Notes under the pieces: generated by a model
What the model was told of the DNA's origin: nothing
What the model saw: the letters and a program-made list of their open reading frames with translations, nothing else
Database searches by the model: none
Part shown: positions 52,372-63,700 of the stretch, piece after piece
How positions within the stretch are numbered: the first letter of the stretch is position 1
Layout of the letters: each line of letters starts with the position of its first letter
Assembly (NCBI GenBank): GCA_963776275.1
Contig: CAVZMI010000015.1
Span: 1-64,000, forward strand
Origin: Ignavibacteriota bacterium
Lineage (GTDB): Bacteria > Bacteroidota > Ignavibacteria > UBA10030 > CAVZMI01
DNA: 64,000 bases
Direction of reading: 5' to 3'
Position numbers and translations under genes: made by a program

Positions 52372-54918
52372 ATGAATTCATTTTGGCGGTGCATTGTTAT
52401 TGCCCTGCTTCTACCGTCATCTCTCCTAGTGGGGCAACAAACAAACTTCGATATCGACACCTATAAAATATTTCTGACGACACATCAAGATCTGACATCA
52501 GGGCAACTTGTCTCCATGCATCCGGCAGGGGTATTCGAAGCGACATCAAATGTAAATCCACTAACAGCTCCTTACTACGACCTCATCGATGCTCGATATC
52601 ATTTTACAGAGGGTGAAAAAACGCTCCTTCAAAATCATGGCTTCTTTGTAACCGAGCGTCTGTCGTATCCATCGTTTGGTAATGCCCTCACACAAATCTA
52701 TAATTATGATTTGCCCGTATTTGTTTCGACCGATGCCATTCTCCATCCTCTTCATACGTCATACGATGCACTGCTACAGGAGGTTGAGTTCAGGGTACTT
52801 GTTCCTTCGATAGATACATTGTTAAGCCGGCTTCATAGTACTATTCCTTTCCTTGCAGAGCGTTATGCTTCATCAGATTCAATGGAAACAATGCTGAAGG
52901 ATCTCGATGTGTACCTTGCTGTCCCAAGACTCCTCCTTGGTAAAAGTATTTCGCCGTTTTATGTAGAGAATACAACAACCGTCAACGAGTTGCTGACACT
53001 CATCCAGGAATTGGCTCCGCAAAAATATGCTCTTTTCTCCTCCACTCAACGGACAATTGATTTCAGCCAGTTTCAGGTTCGTGGACATTATAGTCAGGAT
53101 CCGCTTTTAGGAAAATATTTTCAGGCGATGATCTGGCTGGGGAGAACGGAGATTTATCTCACCGCGCCGGAATCAGATGACCCTGAGAAACAAACGCAAG
53201 CGGACATCCAACGTCAGGTAATACTTGCATTGCTTGTAACGGAAGCGGCAGAATCCGCCAATACTGTTGCGCTGGTCGACAGCATCGATTCCGTACTTCG
53301 TCTTTTTGTGGGAGACCAGGATAATGTGACACTTTCCAATCTATTTTCACTTCGCACGCAACTTGGCATCCAATCTGCAAGCGAGTTGTTGGATACACTA
53401 CGGTTTCAATCATTCAGGGCACTGCTTTTGGAGCAATCGTATGCATTTCAACGTATTAATTCACAAATCCTGATGTCCGATCCAATGGATCCGGACCAGA
53501 TTCAAACGGCATCCGCATTTCTCCTTTTCGGCCAGCGATTCATTGTCGATTCGTATGTAACCTGGAATGTAGTATTTGATCGCATCATATTTAATGGACA
53601 AAAAGTGAGACGAATGCTCCCCGATCCACTCGACATTATGTTCGCGATTGGCAATAATGCTGCAGGACAATTAATGCAGACTGAAATCGATAATTATCAT
53701 TACGCACCGAACCTTGCAGCATTAAGATACCTGATCGATTCCTATGATTCTCTGTTCTGGTACAGTTCTTTCTATAATGGATGGTTGAATGCAATTCGGA
53801 CGCTTAATCCACCTGAGTACCGGACAATGCTTCCGGCTTTTATGCAGACTGCCGCATGGTGGCAGGAGAAATTGAATACGCAGCTTGCTTCCTGGGCGCA
53901 GCTGCGTCATGATAATTTACTCTACGCAAAACAATCATATTCGGGCGGTGTCATCTGTTCTTTTCCCGAAAGTTATGTCGAACCGATTCCGGAATTTTAT
54001 CATGCAATTTCACAGTTCTCATTAATGGCAGAAGAGAAGCTTGCAGGGTTCAACATTCCAACAGTTTCATCCTTCTTCCATAACTTTTCCCTCATAGCAG
54101 ACACACTTTCATGTGTTGCAGTGAAAGAATTGGCTCACACGACGTTGAGCGAGGCGGAAAAGCTGTTTCTCAAATCAATGCTTCGCCCACCGGATCCCAT
54201 GTGTGGTTCACCCTATACCGGTTGGTATACAAAACTATATTTTCAATTAAGTGCCGGTGCAAAAGATATGTTCGATCAGGATTATGTCGTGGCAGATGTC
54301 CATACAGCACCGACGGATGAATACGGTAATCCTGTCGGATGGGTGCTACATGGCGGAACAGGTCCGATCAATCTGGCAATCATCTCAGCGGAGCTTTCCG
54401 ACGGAACACCCTGCACATTTGCCGGGCCTGTGATGAGCTACTATGAACATATATCGACGAATTTTAAACGCCTAACGGATGAAGAATGGAAAACGATGTA
54501 CGCCCTCTCACCATCGCTGCGACCACCGTTTGCTTATTTATATTTAGCCGATGATTCGGGCTCTTTTACTCCGAATGCCCCCTCTTTGGTAACGACAGAT
54601 GTGAAAGACCGACCGACACAAAATCTCCCGAGTACTCTTGTATTAAGGCAAAACTATCCGAATCCTTTTAATTCCTCGACGCTGATTTCATTCGTTGTGC
54701 CTCTTTCTCTTGCTCATTCAACTGTTACTTTGAGAATATTCAATGTTCAGGGTGAGTTGGTCAGCGAGTTAATCCAGAAAGAACTACCTGCAGGTAATTA
54801 TATAACGCGATGGGAGGGCGCAACGCAAACCGGAAAAGCCGTTGCAAGTGGAGTATATTTCTATCACCTGATTGTAGGTAACCAAAGATTAAGCGGGAGA
54901 ATGATGCTGCTTAAGTAG
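52372..54918 (+). CDS. DUF3160 domain protein with C-terminal secretion (T9SS-type/FlgD-Ig) domain
   Basis: PVFVSTDAILH, DFSQF..RGHY, YFQAMIWLGR, LASWAQLRHDNLLYAKQSY, VADVHT and GPVMSYYE motifs; CTD QNYPNPFN...SGVYFY. Confidence 0.88.
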   Translation: MNSFWRCIVIALLLPSSLLVGQQTNFDIDTYKIFLTTHQDLTSGQLVSMHPAGVFEATSNVNPLTAPYYDLIDARYHFTEGEKTLLQNHGFFVTERLSYPSFGNALTQIYNYDLPVFVSTDAILHPLHTSYDALLQEVEFRVLVPSIDTLLSRLHSTIPFLAERYASSDSMETMLKDLDVYLAVPRLLLGKSISPFYVENTTTVNELLTLIQELAPQKYALFSSTQRTIDFSQFQVRGHYSQDPLLGKYFQAMIWLGRTEIYLTAPESDDPEKQTQADIQRQVILALLVTEAAESANTVALVDSIDSVLRLFVGDQDNVTLSNLFSLRTQLGIQSASELLDTLRFQSFRALLLEQSYAFQRINSQILMSDPMDPDQIQTASAFLLFGQRFIVDSYVTWNVVFDRIIFNGQKVRRMLPDPLDIMFAIGNNAAGQLMQTEIDNYHYAPNLAALRYLIDSYDSLFWYSSFYNGWLNAIRTLNPPEYRTMLPAFMQTAAWWQEKLNTQLASWAQLRHDNLLYAKQSYSGGVICSFPESYVEPIPEFYHAISQFSLMAEEKLAGFNIPTVSSFFHNFSLIADTLSCVAVKELAHTTLSEAEKLFLKSMLRPPDPMCGSPYTGWYTKLYFQLSAGAKDMFDQDYVVADVHTAPTDEYGNPVGWVLHGGTGPINLAIISAELSDGTPCTFAGPVMSYYEHISTNFKRLTDEEWKTMYALSPSLRPPFAYLYLADDSGSFTPNAPSLVTTDVKDRPTQNLPSTLVLRQNYPNPFNSSTLISFVVPLSLAHSTVTLRIFNVQGELVSELIQKELPAGNYITRWEGATQTGKAVASGVYFYHLIVGNQRLSGRMMLLK

Positions 54919-54932
54919 CCTGGTATAAATGA

Positions 54933-54981
54933 CAAAGGTTTCCGTCGCTCCGAAATAGTTCGAGACGACGGAAACCTTTTG
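54933..54981. terminator. Bidirectional terminator hairpin, copy 1
   Basis: AAAGGTTTCCGTCG...CGACGGAAACCTTTT. Confidence 0.85.
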
Positions 54982-54992
54982 CTGTTTATTTC

Positions 54993-57302
54993 TTACTTCA
55001 GTAAAACAAGTCGTCTTGTTTCGGTGAATGAGCCAGCTTGCATTCGGTAGAAATAGACACCGCTTGGAATATTCTCTGCATTCCATGTTGTACTGTAGTA
55101 ACCAGCGTTCAATTCCCCGTTCACAAGTGTTGTGATCTGCTGACCGAGGGCGTTATAGGTCTTGAGAATAACAAATTCACGTTTTGGAATCGCAAACTCA
55201 ATTGTGGTTTGCGGATTGAATGGATTCGGATAATTTTGTCCGAGAGAAAAAGTTGCCGGCATGTTGATTGATGCGTTTTTAATTCCGGTGGGTGGATAAT
55301 TAGACCCATCGTACGGAATCGGATTGGTTGCACCGGTCATGTTGTTGGTTGGAATGAATTGCAGTTTATTATCTGCCAGGAATTTCACAGTCCCGTGGTA
55401 TTTTGGTGTATTGTACACCGCGTTTGACAAAACTGCAGCCCATTGTATTGCTGCCTCTACACGGGCATAGCCGTCGTTATCGTGCTGGTTAATTGCCATA
55501 CCGAAAACATTATCGACTGCAGGTGTTATGGTTTCACCATTACTAATAATAGCGGACCATTTAATAGCAAGTTCCAGTACATATCCGTCTGAGATACTAC
55601 CGCGTATCCACTTCTTCGAGTCATCAGTAACGTTAATCAGACTATCGGCATTGACAACACCTGCGGATGCCATACCCAGAGCTGTCAGACGTGTCTCCCA
55701 TACCGAATTTGTCACACTGTCGGTCGGCTGTGGATCGATTTTGAGTTCGAGGCAATCCTCATCCCATACATTCACGGCATTTCCGGATAGTATATCATCC
55801 TTGACTTCTTCGTACAGGTAGAACCACTCGCTGTCCCACGCCGTCCAGACCTTGGCCGAAAGATCGGCATCATTGACAGGAGCGTAAGGGTCGAAATACG
55901 CGTACGATCGGATCTGGAGATAACCGTCGTTGGGTCCGGTTAATGTGCTGTAAAAGGAATCCTTCAGTCCATCGACCACAATGGGGGCTGGTTCTGACGG
56001 AACCATTTCTGAAAGTGGTCGTCTCCAGATGCCGCCGCCATCAATCCCGGCAAAGAGATTCGCGCCGGAGACGGCAAGAGCCCAGACATTAGTGTTCACG
56101 GGCAAGTCGGTACTCGCCGCAGTCCAGCTTGCGCCGTTGTTGGTGGAAAGAAAGACGCCGCCAGAAGTCCCGGCAAAGAGATTTCCCGACAAGTCGGGAG
56201 TAAGAGCATAGATATCAGTGTTCGTCAAGCCGGTATCGACCGCAGTCCAGCTTGTGCCGTTGTTGGTGGAAAGAAAGACGCCGCCAGAAGTCCCGGCAAA
56301 GAGATTGGTACCGGAAACGGCAAGAGTCCGGACATTAGTGTTTGTCAATCCTGAATTGACCTCAGTCCAGCTTGTGCCGTTGTTGGTGGAAAGAAAGACA
56401 CCGTCATTAGTCCCGGCAAGGAGATTTCCCGACAAGTCGGTAGCAAGAGCATAGATATCAGCGATCGTCAAGCCAGTATTGACCTCAGTCCAGCTTGTGC
56501 CATTGTTGGTGGAAAGAAAGACGCCGCCGCCCATAGTCCCGGCAAAGAGATTGGTACCGGAAACGGCAAGAGACCAAACATTAGTGTTTGTCAATCCTGA
56601 ATTGACTTGAATCCAGCTTGTGCCATTGTTGGTGGAAAGAAAGACACCGTCAGAAGTCCCGGCAAAGAGATTTCCCGACAAGTCGGTAGCAAGAGCATAG
56701 ATATCAGCGATCGTCAAGCCAGTATTGACCTCAGTCCAGCTTGTGCCGTTGTTGGTGGAAAGAAAGACACCGCCATTAGTACCGGCAAAGAGATTTCCCG
56801 ACAAGTCGGGAGCGAGAGCATAGACATAAGTGTTCGTCAAGCCGGTATTGACAGCAGTCCAGCTTGTGCCGTTGTTGGTAGAAACAAAGACGCCACCGCC
56901 CCAAGTACCGGCAAAGAGATTTGTGTCGGAGACGGCAAGAGCCCGGACATTAGTGTTTGTCAATCCTGAATTGACTTGAGTCCAGCTTGTGCCGTTGTTG
57001 GTGGAAAAAAAGACACCGCCGCCCATAGTCCCGGCAAAGAGATTGGTGCCGGAAACGGCAAGAGCCTGGATATAAGTGTTCGTCAAGCCGGTATTGACTG
57101 CAGTCCAGCTTGTGCCGTTGTTGGTGGAAAGAAAGACGCCGCTGCCCATAGTCCCGGCAAAGAGATTCGAGCCGGTGACGGCAAAGGTAAGAACACCGCC
57201 GCCGTAGGGGCCATTTGTTTGTATCCATTGGGCATGCAATTGAAGTGAACATACAAGAATTATGGCAATAATTAAAACGCAGCGAAGAAATGGGATCTTC
57301 AT
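54993..57302 (-). CDS. Secreted Asp-box/BNR beta-propeller plus CBM9-like sugar-binding domain plus T9SS-type CTD
   Basis: Nine STNNG(T/A)SW repeats; AWD..WFYLY.EV.DD...D..EL..D, GY.LELAI.W and NQHDND motifs; CTD QNYPNPFNP; ATG 57302 after GGAGG. Confidence 0.85.
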   Translation of the reverse strand: MKIPFLRCVLIIAIILVCSLQLHAQWIQTNGPYGGGVLTFAVTGSNLFAGTMGSGVFLSTNNGTSWTAVNTGLTNTYIQALAVSGTNLFAGTMGGGVFFSTNNGTSWTQVNSGLTNTNVRALAVSDTNLFAGTWGGGVFVSTNNGTSWTAVNTGLTNTYVYALAPDLSGNLFAGTNGGVFLSTNNGTSWTEVNTGLTIADIYALATDLSGNLFAGTSDGVFLSTNNGTSWIQVNSGLTNTNVWSLAVSGTNLFAGTMGGGVFLSTNNGTSWTEVNTGLTIADIYALATDLSGNLLAGTNDGVFLSTNNGTSWTEVNSGLTNTNVRTLAVSGTNLFAGTSGGVFLSTNNGTSWTAVDTGLTNTDIYALTPDLSGNLFAGTSGGVFLSTNNGASWTAASTDLPVNTNVWALAVSGANLFAGIDGGGIWRRPLSEMVPSEPAPIVVDGLKDSFYSTLTGPNDGYLQIRSYAYFDPYAPVNDADLSAKVWTAWDSEWFYLYEEVKDDILSGNAVNVWDEDCLELKIDPQPTDSVTNSVWETRLTALGMASAGVVNADSLINVTDDSKKWIRGSISDGYVLELAIKWSAIISNGETITPAVDNVFGMAINQHDNDGYARVEAAIQWAAVLSNAVYNTPKYHGTVKFLADNKLQFIPTNNMTGATNPIPYDGSNYPPTGIKNASINMPATFSLGQNYPNPFNPQTTIEFAIPKREFVILKTYNALGQQITTLVNGELNAGYYSTTWNAENIPSGVYFYRMQAGSFTETRRLVLLK
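56040..57180 (-). repeat. Nine near-identical ~120-bp tandem coding repeats
   Basis: Recurrent GTCCAGCTTGTGCCGTTGTTGGTGGAAAGAAAGAC...CCGGCAAAGAGATT on the + strand. Confidence 0.9.
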
Positions 57303-57518
57303 AATAATTACCTCCATGAATTAAATGGGATATGCGATACGTGGAGTTATTCTTAAGATAAGCGATGAGAAAATCAGTATATTTAAAAATTTACTAATAG
57401 ACTGAAGGATGTTATAGAAAAGATGAAATCGAGCCGAATAAAAACAGATTTATGCAGCCGTAGGACATTGCCGCATCTCGGGTGGTCAACAAAACACTGA
57501 GTAGCAGTATCGAGGCAA

Positions 57519-57547
57519 AGTATAGTAAGAGTACTGGTAAAAAGCAA
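57519..57547 (-). promoter_or_regulatory. Sigma70-type promoter, copy A
   Basis: TTGCTT-tttaccagtactcttac(17)-TATACT-TTGCC on the minus strand. Confidence 0.7.
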
Positions 57548-57637
57548 ATATAATGGAGATCAGTACAGATTGTTGGTCAGAGGCCGTTTTGTCCATATTT
57601 CCTTGAAAGATAAAGGCTTTTATCTCATGAAGACCTC

Positions 57638-59865
57638 TTATCGTTCGCTTACAACCGGAGCCAATAGGTTATCGACGGGGGCATAATCATCGGTGAGAAT
57701 CCGGTTGCCGGATTTTTCGAGTAATTGATCTAAGTCTGCTCCACTCAGCACCGATCCGCATAAACCGTACTTCGGGTCCCAATTAGTGAGATCAAGAGGT
57801 GCATCGGATCCGACTATGACGAAAGTTTCGCGTTGATAAGGTTTTCCATTCTGATTGGGGGAAAAAAGATAAATATGGTTGAACAATTTCTGGATAGTCA
57901 GGTAGGAAGAACTCAGAAATAAACCGCTCTCTAATTTATCTATAACATTAAAAAGATAGGCACCATCCGGTTTGAGATGTTTTTTTATTTTTTGTACAAA
58001 TTCCAGCGTTGTTAAATGCCAGGGAACGGTGAGATCATCGAATGCATCGCCATAAAAGAAATCATATTTTGCCGTATCCGGAAGATTATCGATGATATTT
58101 CTGGCGTCTCCGGTATAGGTGCGGATTGAAGTATTACGCGGCAGCCCGATGGCGATATGATTTGCTTCCACCACGAAAGGATCGATCTCGGCAACATCAA
58201 CCCTGGCATCGGGCCATTCATACTGCAGCCATCGCGGAAAAGTATAGCTGCCGGCACCGACGATGAAAGCCGAGATACCATCCTTGCCGGCCGAGTAGCG
58301 CCAGGTGATTTCCCGGTATATCCGCTCATATTCGTATCCCAGTTCTCCGGGATCAGCAAGATTGAAAAACCCATGGACCAGATGATCCAAACAGAGTACA
58401 CGAACGCTGCTCTGGCTTACCCGTGATTGTTCATCATACACTAAAACCGTATGATACTGGCTTTCTGCTGCGTAAATATAATTCGATTTTTTATATCGAA
58501 AACCGAGAGTTTGAATTTCATCGCCCAATTGATAATGACCTATAGTTACCGAAGGATCAATAACCGAGATATAAAAGAATCCGGCTGCCAGAAAAAACCA
58601 GCAGCAGAATACAAATCGTTTTGGTCTTTGGCTCCATCCGATACAGGCCATTACCAGGGCGGCAGCGAGAAAAATGCCTTCCGGTCCCAACGAAGTTATG
58701 AGCCAAAACCCTGCGCCGATTGTCCCGCAAATTCCACCAACGGTACTTAGAGCGCTCATCACACCGATTGTTTTTCCTGTAGTGGAAATATTTAAGACCC
58801 TTTTTACCATGACGGGTGAGATCGAGCCAAGGAAGACTGAAGGCAGAGAAAAAGCAAGCAGTGCAGAAACTGAAACCCGGACGGGGTAAGAATAGTTTTT
58901 AAACGGCGAAAGAGTGCTAAAGTAATAAATAATAACCAACGACACCAACGTGCTTATTGATGAACCGAAGCAAAGCCAGGACGTGATCTTTTTCGTCTCA
59001 AAACTGTCGGCTAAACGACCCCCCAGATAATAACCTATGCTAACCCCCGTAAGAATCACGGCAATGATTGAAGTCCACGTATAGAGTGAATTGCCGAACT
59101 GGCGGGCAATTAACCGGCCGGCGGCGATTTCAACGGCCATGAGACAGGCGGCGGTAAGAAATGCAATTACATACGCAGCCGCATGATTCGATTTCAAGGA
59201 TTCCGGTTGGAGTGCTCCGTTCTTTACAGTGAGAGATGGTTCAGTTATGCCACGCCAACTCTTTTTATCAATGAGTAAAAGTACACCGGGGAGAAAAAAA
59301 AAGTGATGAGCAAGAGAGAGTGACTAACCTTTAATGATGGAATGAGGAAAAAACCGGTGGCAAGTGTTCCCAGTATGCTGCCGACAGCACCCCAGGCATA
59401 GATTGAGCCGATCGCCAAACCTATTCTTGAGGTGCTTTCGACATGCATCTTTGCCGCAAACGGCATAAACATCCCGATGAATACGGCAGGAAGTGTGAAT
59501 ACCGCTGCAACGGTCAATAAAATCCGCAGCGGCCATTCCAGATTCTTAAGCAGTGCCGCATCACCAAAAAAATTACAGAGACCTAATGTTGAACAACATG
59601 CAACAACTGTCAGGAGTGAAAGCCACGGCAAAAAAGAAGTTGCCGTATAACGATCGGCTGCTTTTCCTCCTAAAAAATTTCCAACACTCATTCCGAATAA
59701 AATGACCGCGATAATTGCGGACCAGGTATAAATCGAACTGCCCAGATAACGACCGACAAGACGGCTGGCAATCAATTCCAACGCCATGGCTCCTGCTGAA
59801 CTTAAAAAAACCAGCAGAAAAGGGAATAGGGATTTTATTGACAGCCGCCTTTGATTAAAGTACAT
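57638..59865 (-). CDS. Fused MFS-like membrane domain / spermidine-synthase-like methyltransferase, split by a frameshift at the A9 run (59294-59302)
   Basis: Two homologous TM halves (E..A.RL..R..G.S.YTW..II.VIL.G...G..LGG..AD), then ESQYH, GAGSYTFPR, EIDP, GDAR, DAF and LTDDYAPVDNL; one extra T joins both ORFs. Confidence 0.8.
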
Positions 59866-59937
59866 TCACGTCTCGTATCCAGTCCCTATTTTGGATTGAC
59901 TAAATTTTTATATTCCCCTTTTATTTCATTTGGTGCT

Positions 59938-60423
59938 TTATTTATGATCAAATTTCATTTCAACCTTGTGTTCCCCTTCAACCTTGTGTTCCTTGTATTC
60001 TTTAGAACCAGGACTTGCGAGCCCAGGGGTTGACTTATCGATGATTTTTAGAATAAGTCGATCACCAATTTTTGGATCACTGAGACTTACGATACGAAGT
60101 TCGTATTCTCCCGGCTTAAGATCTTTCGGAACCAGGATGGAAATAGAACCTTTCCCTTTCACACCGACCGGGCATGAGGGTGACAATGTTGCAATGAGTT
60201 GATTTCCTTTCCAGAGGGTCAGTTTTACGTTGCCTTTCACATTGCCCCAATCCCAGCTGCACAGCTGATTACTACCGATCGTCCAATCATTGAGTTTTAG
60301 AAAATGGATCTTGCCTAATGGATCAGGGGGCATATTCTGTCCTTCTTTTTGGGCGTATACACTGATGGAAAAAGAGAACAGTGTTATTATTAGTAAAACA
60401 GATACCTTTTTGAGAAGATTCAT
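59938..60423 (-). CDS. Hypothetical secreted Ig-like protein
   Basis: Signal peptide, W.IGS.Q...W.W.NV.GNVKLTL.KG and PGEYELRI motifs; AAGGAG RBS; C-terminal EHKVE duplication. Confidence 0.7.
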   Translation of the reverse strand: MNLLKKVSVLLIITLFSFSISVYAQKEGQNMPPDPLGKIHFLKLNDWTIGSNQLCSWDWGNVKGNVKLTLWKGNQLIATLSPSCPVGVKGKGSISILVPKDLKPGEYELRIVSLSDPKIGDRLILKIIDKSTPGLASPGSKEYKEHKVEGEHKVEMKFDHK

Positions 60424-60579
60424 GACAGACTCCTTTCTCAGTAATATGGTATTGAATAATTCACATCTAATTTCTATAGATGTGTTTGTAGATTTGAAAG
60501 GTAAGAAACATTATGCGATCGCACGATTTTATTGCATCTCAGAAGGCCGATACTCCACAAAAAACCATTATTAAGGCAA

Positions 60580-60608
60580 AGTATAACAAGAGTGCGGATA
60601 AAAAGCAA
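60580..60608 (-). promoter_or_regulatory. Sigma70-type promoter, copy B
   Basis: TTGCTT-tttatccgcactcttgt(17)-TATACT-TTGCC on the minus strand (extended TGn). Confidence 0.7.
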
Positions 60609-60664
60609 GTATCGAGTACTGTTAAATGGTTCTCAACTCCAGGGGCGGGTTTTAGGGTAAATAA

Positions 60665-60711
60665 CAAAGGTTTCCGTCACCCGGAAATATCTTGGATGAC
60701 GGAAACCTTTT
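60665..60711 (-). terminator. Terminator hairpin, copy 2 (homologous to 54933-54981)
   Basis: AAAGGTTTCCGTCA...TGACGGAAACCTTTT. Confidence 0.85.
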
Positions 60712-60722
60712 ACTGTTCATTT

Positions 60723-63700
60723 CTACTTGAGTAAAACCAGTCGTTTGGTTTCGGTAAATGAACCTCCATATAAGCGATAGAAGTAGACACCGCTTGGTTC
60801 ACTGCCTGCATTCCACGTTGTTTTGTAGTAACCGGCGTTAAGTTCTCCATTCACGAGTGTTGTCATCTCCTGGCCAAGGGCGTTGTAGATCGTGAGAGTA
60901 ACAAACTCCCGTTTCGGAATCGCGAACTCAATTGTAGTTTGCGGATTGAACGGATTCGGGTAGTTCTGCCCTAGAGAGAACGTTTCCGGAACCTTGATCA
61001 ATGCATTTTCAATTCCGGTGGGGGTATAATTAGACCCGTCATACGGAACCGGGTTTGTTGCGCCAGTCATGTTGTTCGTCGGAATGAATTGCAGTTTATT
61101 GTCTGCCAGAAATTTCACAGTTCCATGGTATTTTGGTGTATTGTACACCGCGTCCGATAATACTGCGGCCCATTGAACCGTCGCCTGCCGGCGAGCATGG
61201 CCGTCATTGTCGTGCTGGTTGATCGCCATACCGAAAACATTACCCACCGAGGGCGAAATGGTCTCGATACCGCTCTTGATGGCCGACCATTTGATGGCCA
61301 GTTCCAGCGCATAACCGCCGGGGATTATCGCTCGGGCCCATTGCTTCAGCGAATCCGGAACACCATTCAAACTGTCCGCTTTAACAACACCAGCTGATGC
61401 CTTACCCAGCGCCGTCATACGGGTTTGCCACACCGAATTTGTCACACTATCGGTCGGTTGGGGATCGAAATTCACTTCGATTTCATCTTCCTCCCATATA
61501 TTTGTGGCGTTCCCCGAAAGTGTATCATCCATGACTTCTTCGTAGAGGTAGAACCACTCGTTGTCCCAGGCTGTCCAGATCTTTGCCGATAGATCGGCGT
61601 CATTAACAGGAGCGCCATTACCGTTATACGCATAGGATCTGATCTGCAGGTAGCCATCGTTGGGGCCAGTTAATGTTGTATAGAAAGAATCCTTCAGTCC
61701 ATCGACAATGATGGGGGCAGCGGTTGGCGGATACGAAGATCCATCGTATGGAATCGGATTGGTTCTGCCGGTCATATTATTCGTCGGAATGAACCGTAGT
61801 TTGTGACCTGCCAAAAACCTGACCGTTCCAAGATATTTCGGTGTGTTACATACACCATCATTCAATACCGCGGCCCATTGAATCGTCGCCTGCCTGCCAT
61901 GGCCGTCGTTGTCGTGCTGGTTGATTGCCATGCCAAATACATTATCGACTGCCGGCGCGATCGTTTCACTTCCATATCCACCTTGTATAGCCGGCCATTT
62001 GATGGCTAATTCCAATGCGTATCCCCCAGGGATTATTCTCCGCGCCCACTGCTTCTGGGAAGCGGACACTACATTGAGACTATCGCCGGCGAGAACGCCG
62101 GGTCCAGTTCCGAGTGCAGTCAGACGCGTATACCATACCGAATTTGTCACACTATCTGTCGGCTGTGGATCGAACATCAATTCGATCACGTCTTCCGCCC
62201 ATACTTGTGGGTCGTTTCCAGAGAGCGTGTCGTCCATGACCTCTTCGTAGAGATAGAACCACTCTTCGTCCCAGGCAGTCCATATTTTTGCCGATAGATC
62301 GGTGTCATTAACGGGAGCGCCATTTTCGTTATGCGCATACGATCTGATCTGCAGATAGCCGTCGTTGGGTCCCGTCAAAGTGGTATAGAAAGAATCCTTC
62401 AGTCCATCGACAACGATGGGGGCAGTGGTTGGCGGATACGCAGATCCATCGTATGGAATTGGATTGGTTGTCCCGGTCATATTATTTGTTGGAATGAATT
62501 GTAGTTTATTATCTACCAGGAATTTAACTGTGCCGAGATACTTTGGTGTTTCCCACGCTTCATTGAGCAGAACCGCAGCCCACTGAATCGCCGCCTGCCG
62601 GCCATGGCCGTCATTTTCTTCCTGGTGGATATCCATACCGAAAATATTATTGACTGCCGGTGTGATTGTTTCGCCCCCTTTCTGGATTGCTGACCATTTG
62701 ACGGCTAATTCCAATGCGTATCCCCCTGGGATTATTCTCCGTGCCCATTGCTTTTGAGAATCAGAGACGCCGTCCATATTATCCCATGCAGCGACCCCCG
62801 CTCCGGCCCCAAGTGCTGTGAGGCGTGTATCCCAGATTGAATTAGTAACGCTGTCTGTCGGCTGGGGATCGATTTTGAGTTCAATGCAATCATTGTTCCA
62901 TACCTCTGCGGCACTTCCCGAAACTGTATCATCCGTGACTTCTTCGTAGAGGTAGAACCACTCGTTGTCCCAGGATGTCCAGATTTTTGCCGAGAGATCG
63001 GCGTCATTAACAGGCGCGCCAACATCGTTATGAGCAAAGGATTTAATCTGCAGATAGCCGTTGCTGGGGTTGGTTAATGTATTATAAAAATCATCTTTAA
63101 ATCCATCGACAACAATCTTATTGAATGTGTAATCGGACCCATCGTATGGAATCGGATTGGTTCTGCCGGTCATATTGTTCGTCGGAATGAACTGTAGTTT
63201 GTGACCTGCCAAAAACCTGACCATTCCAAGATATTTCGGTGTGTTACATACACCATCATTCAATACCGCGGCCCATTGAATCGTCGCCTGCCTGCCATGG
63301 CCGTCGTTGTCGTGCTGGTTGATTGCCATGCCAAATACATTATCGACTGCCGGCGCGATCGTTTCACTTCCATATCCACCTTGTATAGCCGGCCATTTGA
63401 TGGCTAATTCCAATGCGTATCCCCCAGGGATTATTCTCCGCGCCCACTGCTTCTGGGAAGCGGACACTACATTGAGACTATCGCCGGCGAGAACGCCGGT
63501 CCAGTTCCGAGTGCAGTCAGACGCGTATACCATACCGAATTTGTCACACTATCTGTCGGCTGTGGATCGAACATCAATTCGATCACGTCTTCCGCCCATA
63601 CTTGTGGGTCGTTTCCAGAGAGCGTGTCGTCCATGACCTCTTCGTAGAGATAGAACCACTCTTCGTCCCAAGCTGTCCATATTTTTGCCGATAGATCGGC

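Noticed and set aside
56040-57180. CRISPR array
   Set aside because: The repeats are in-frame ~120-bp protein-coding units with no unique spacers, and no cas genes are present.
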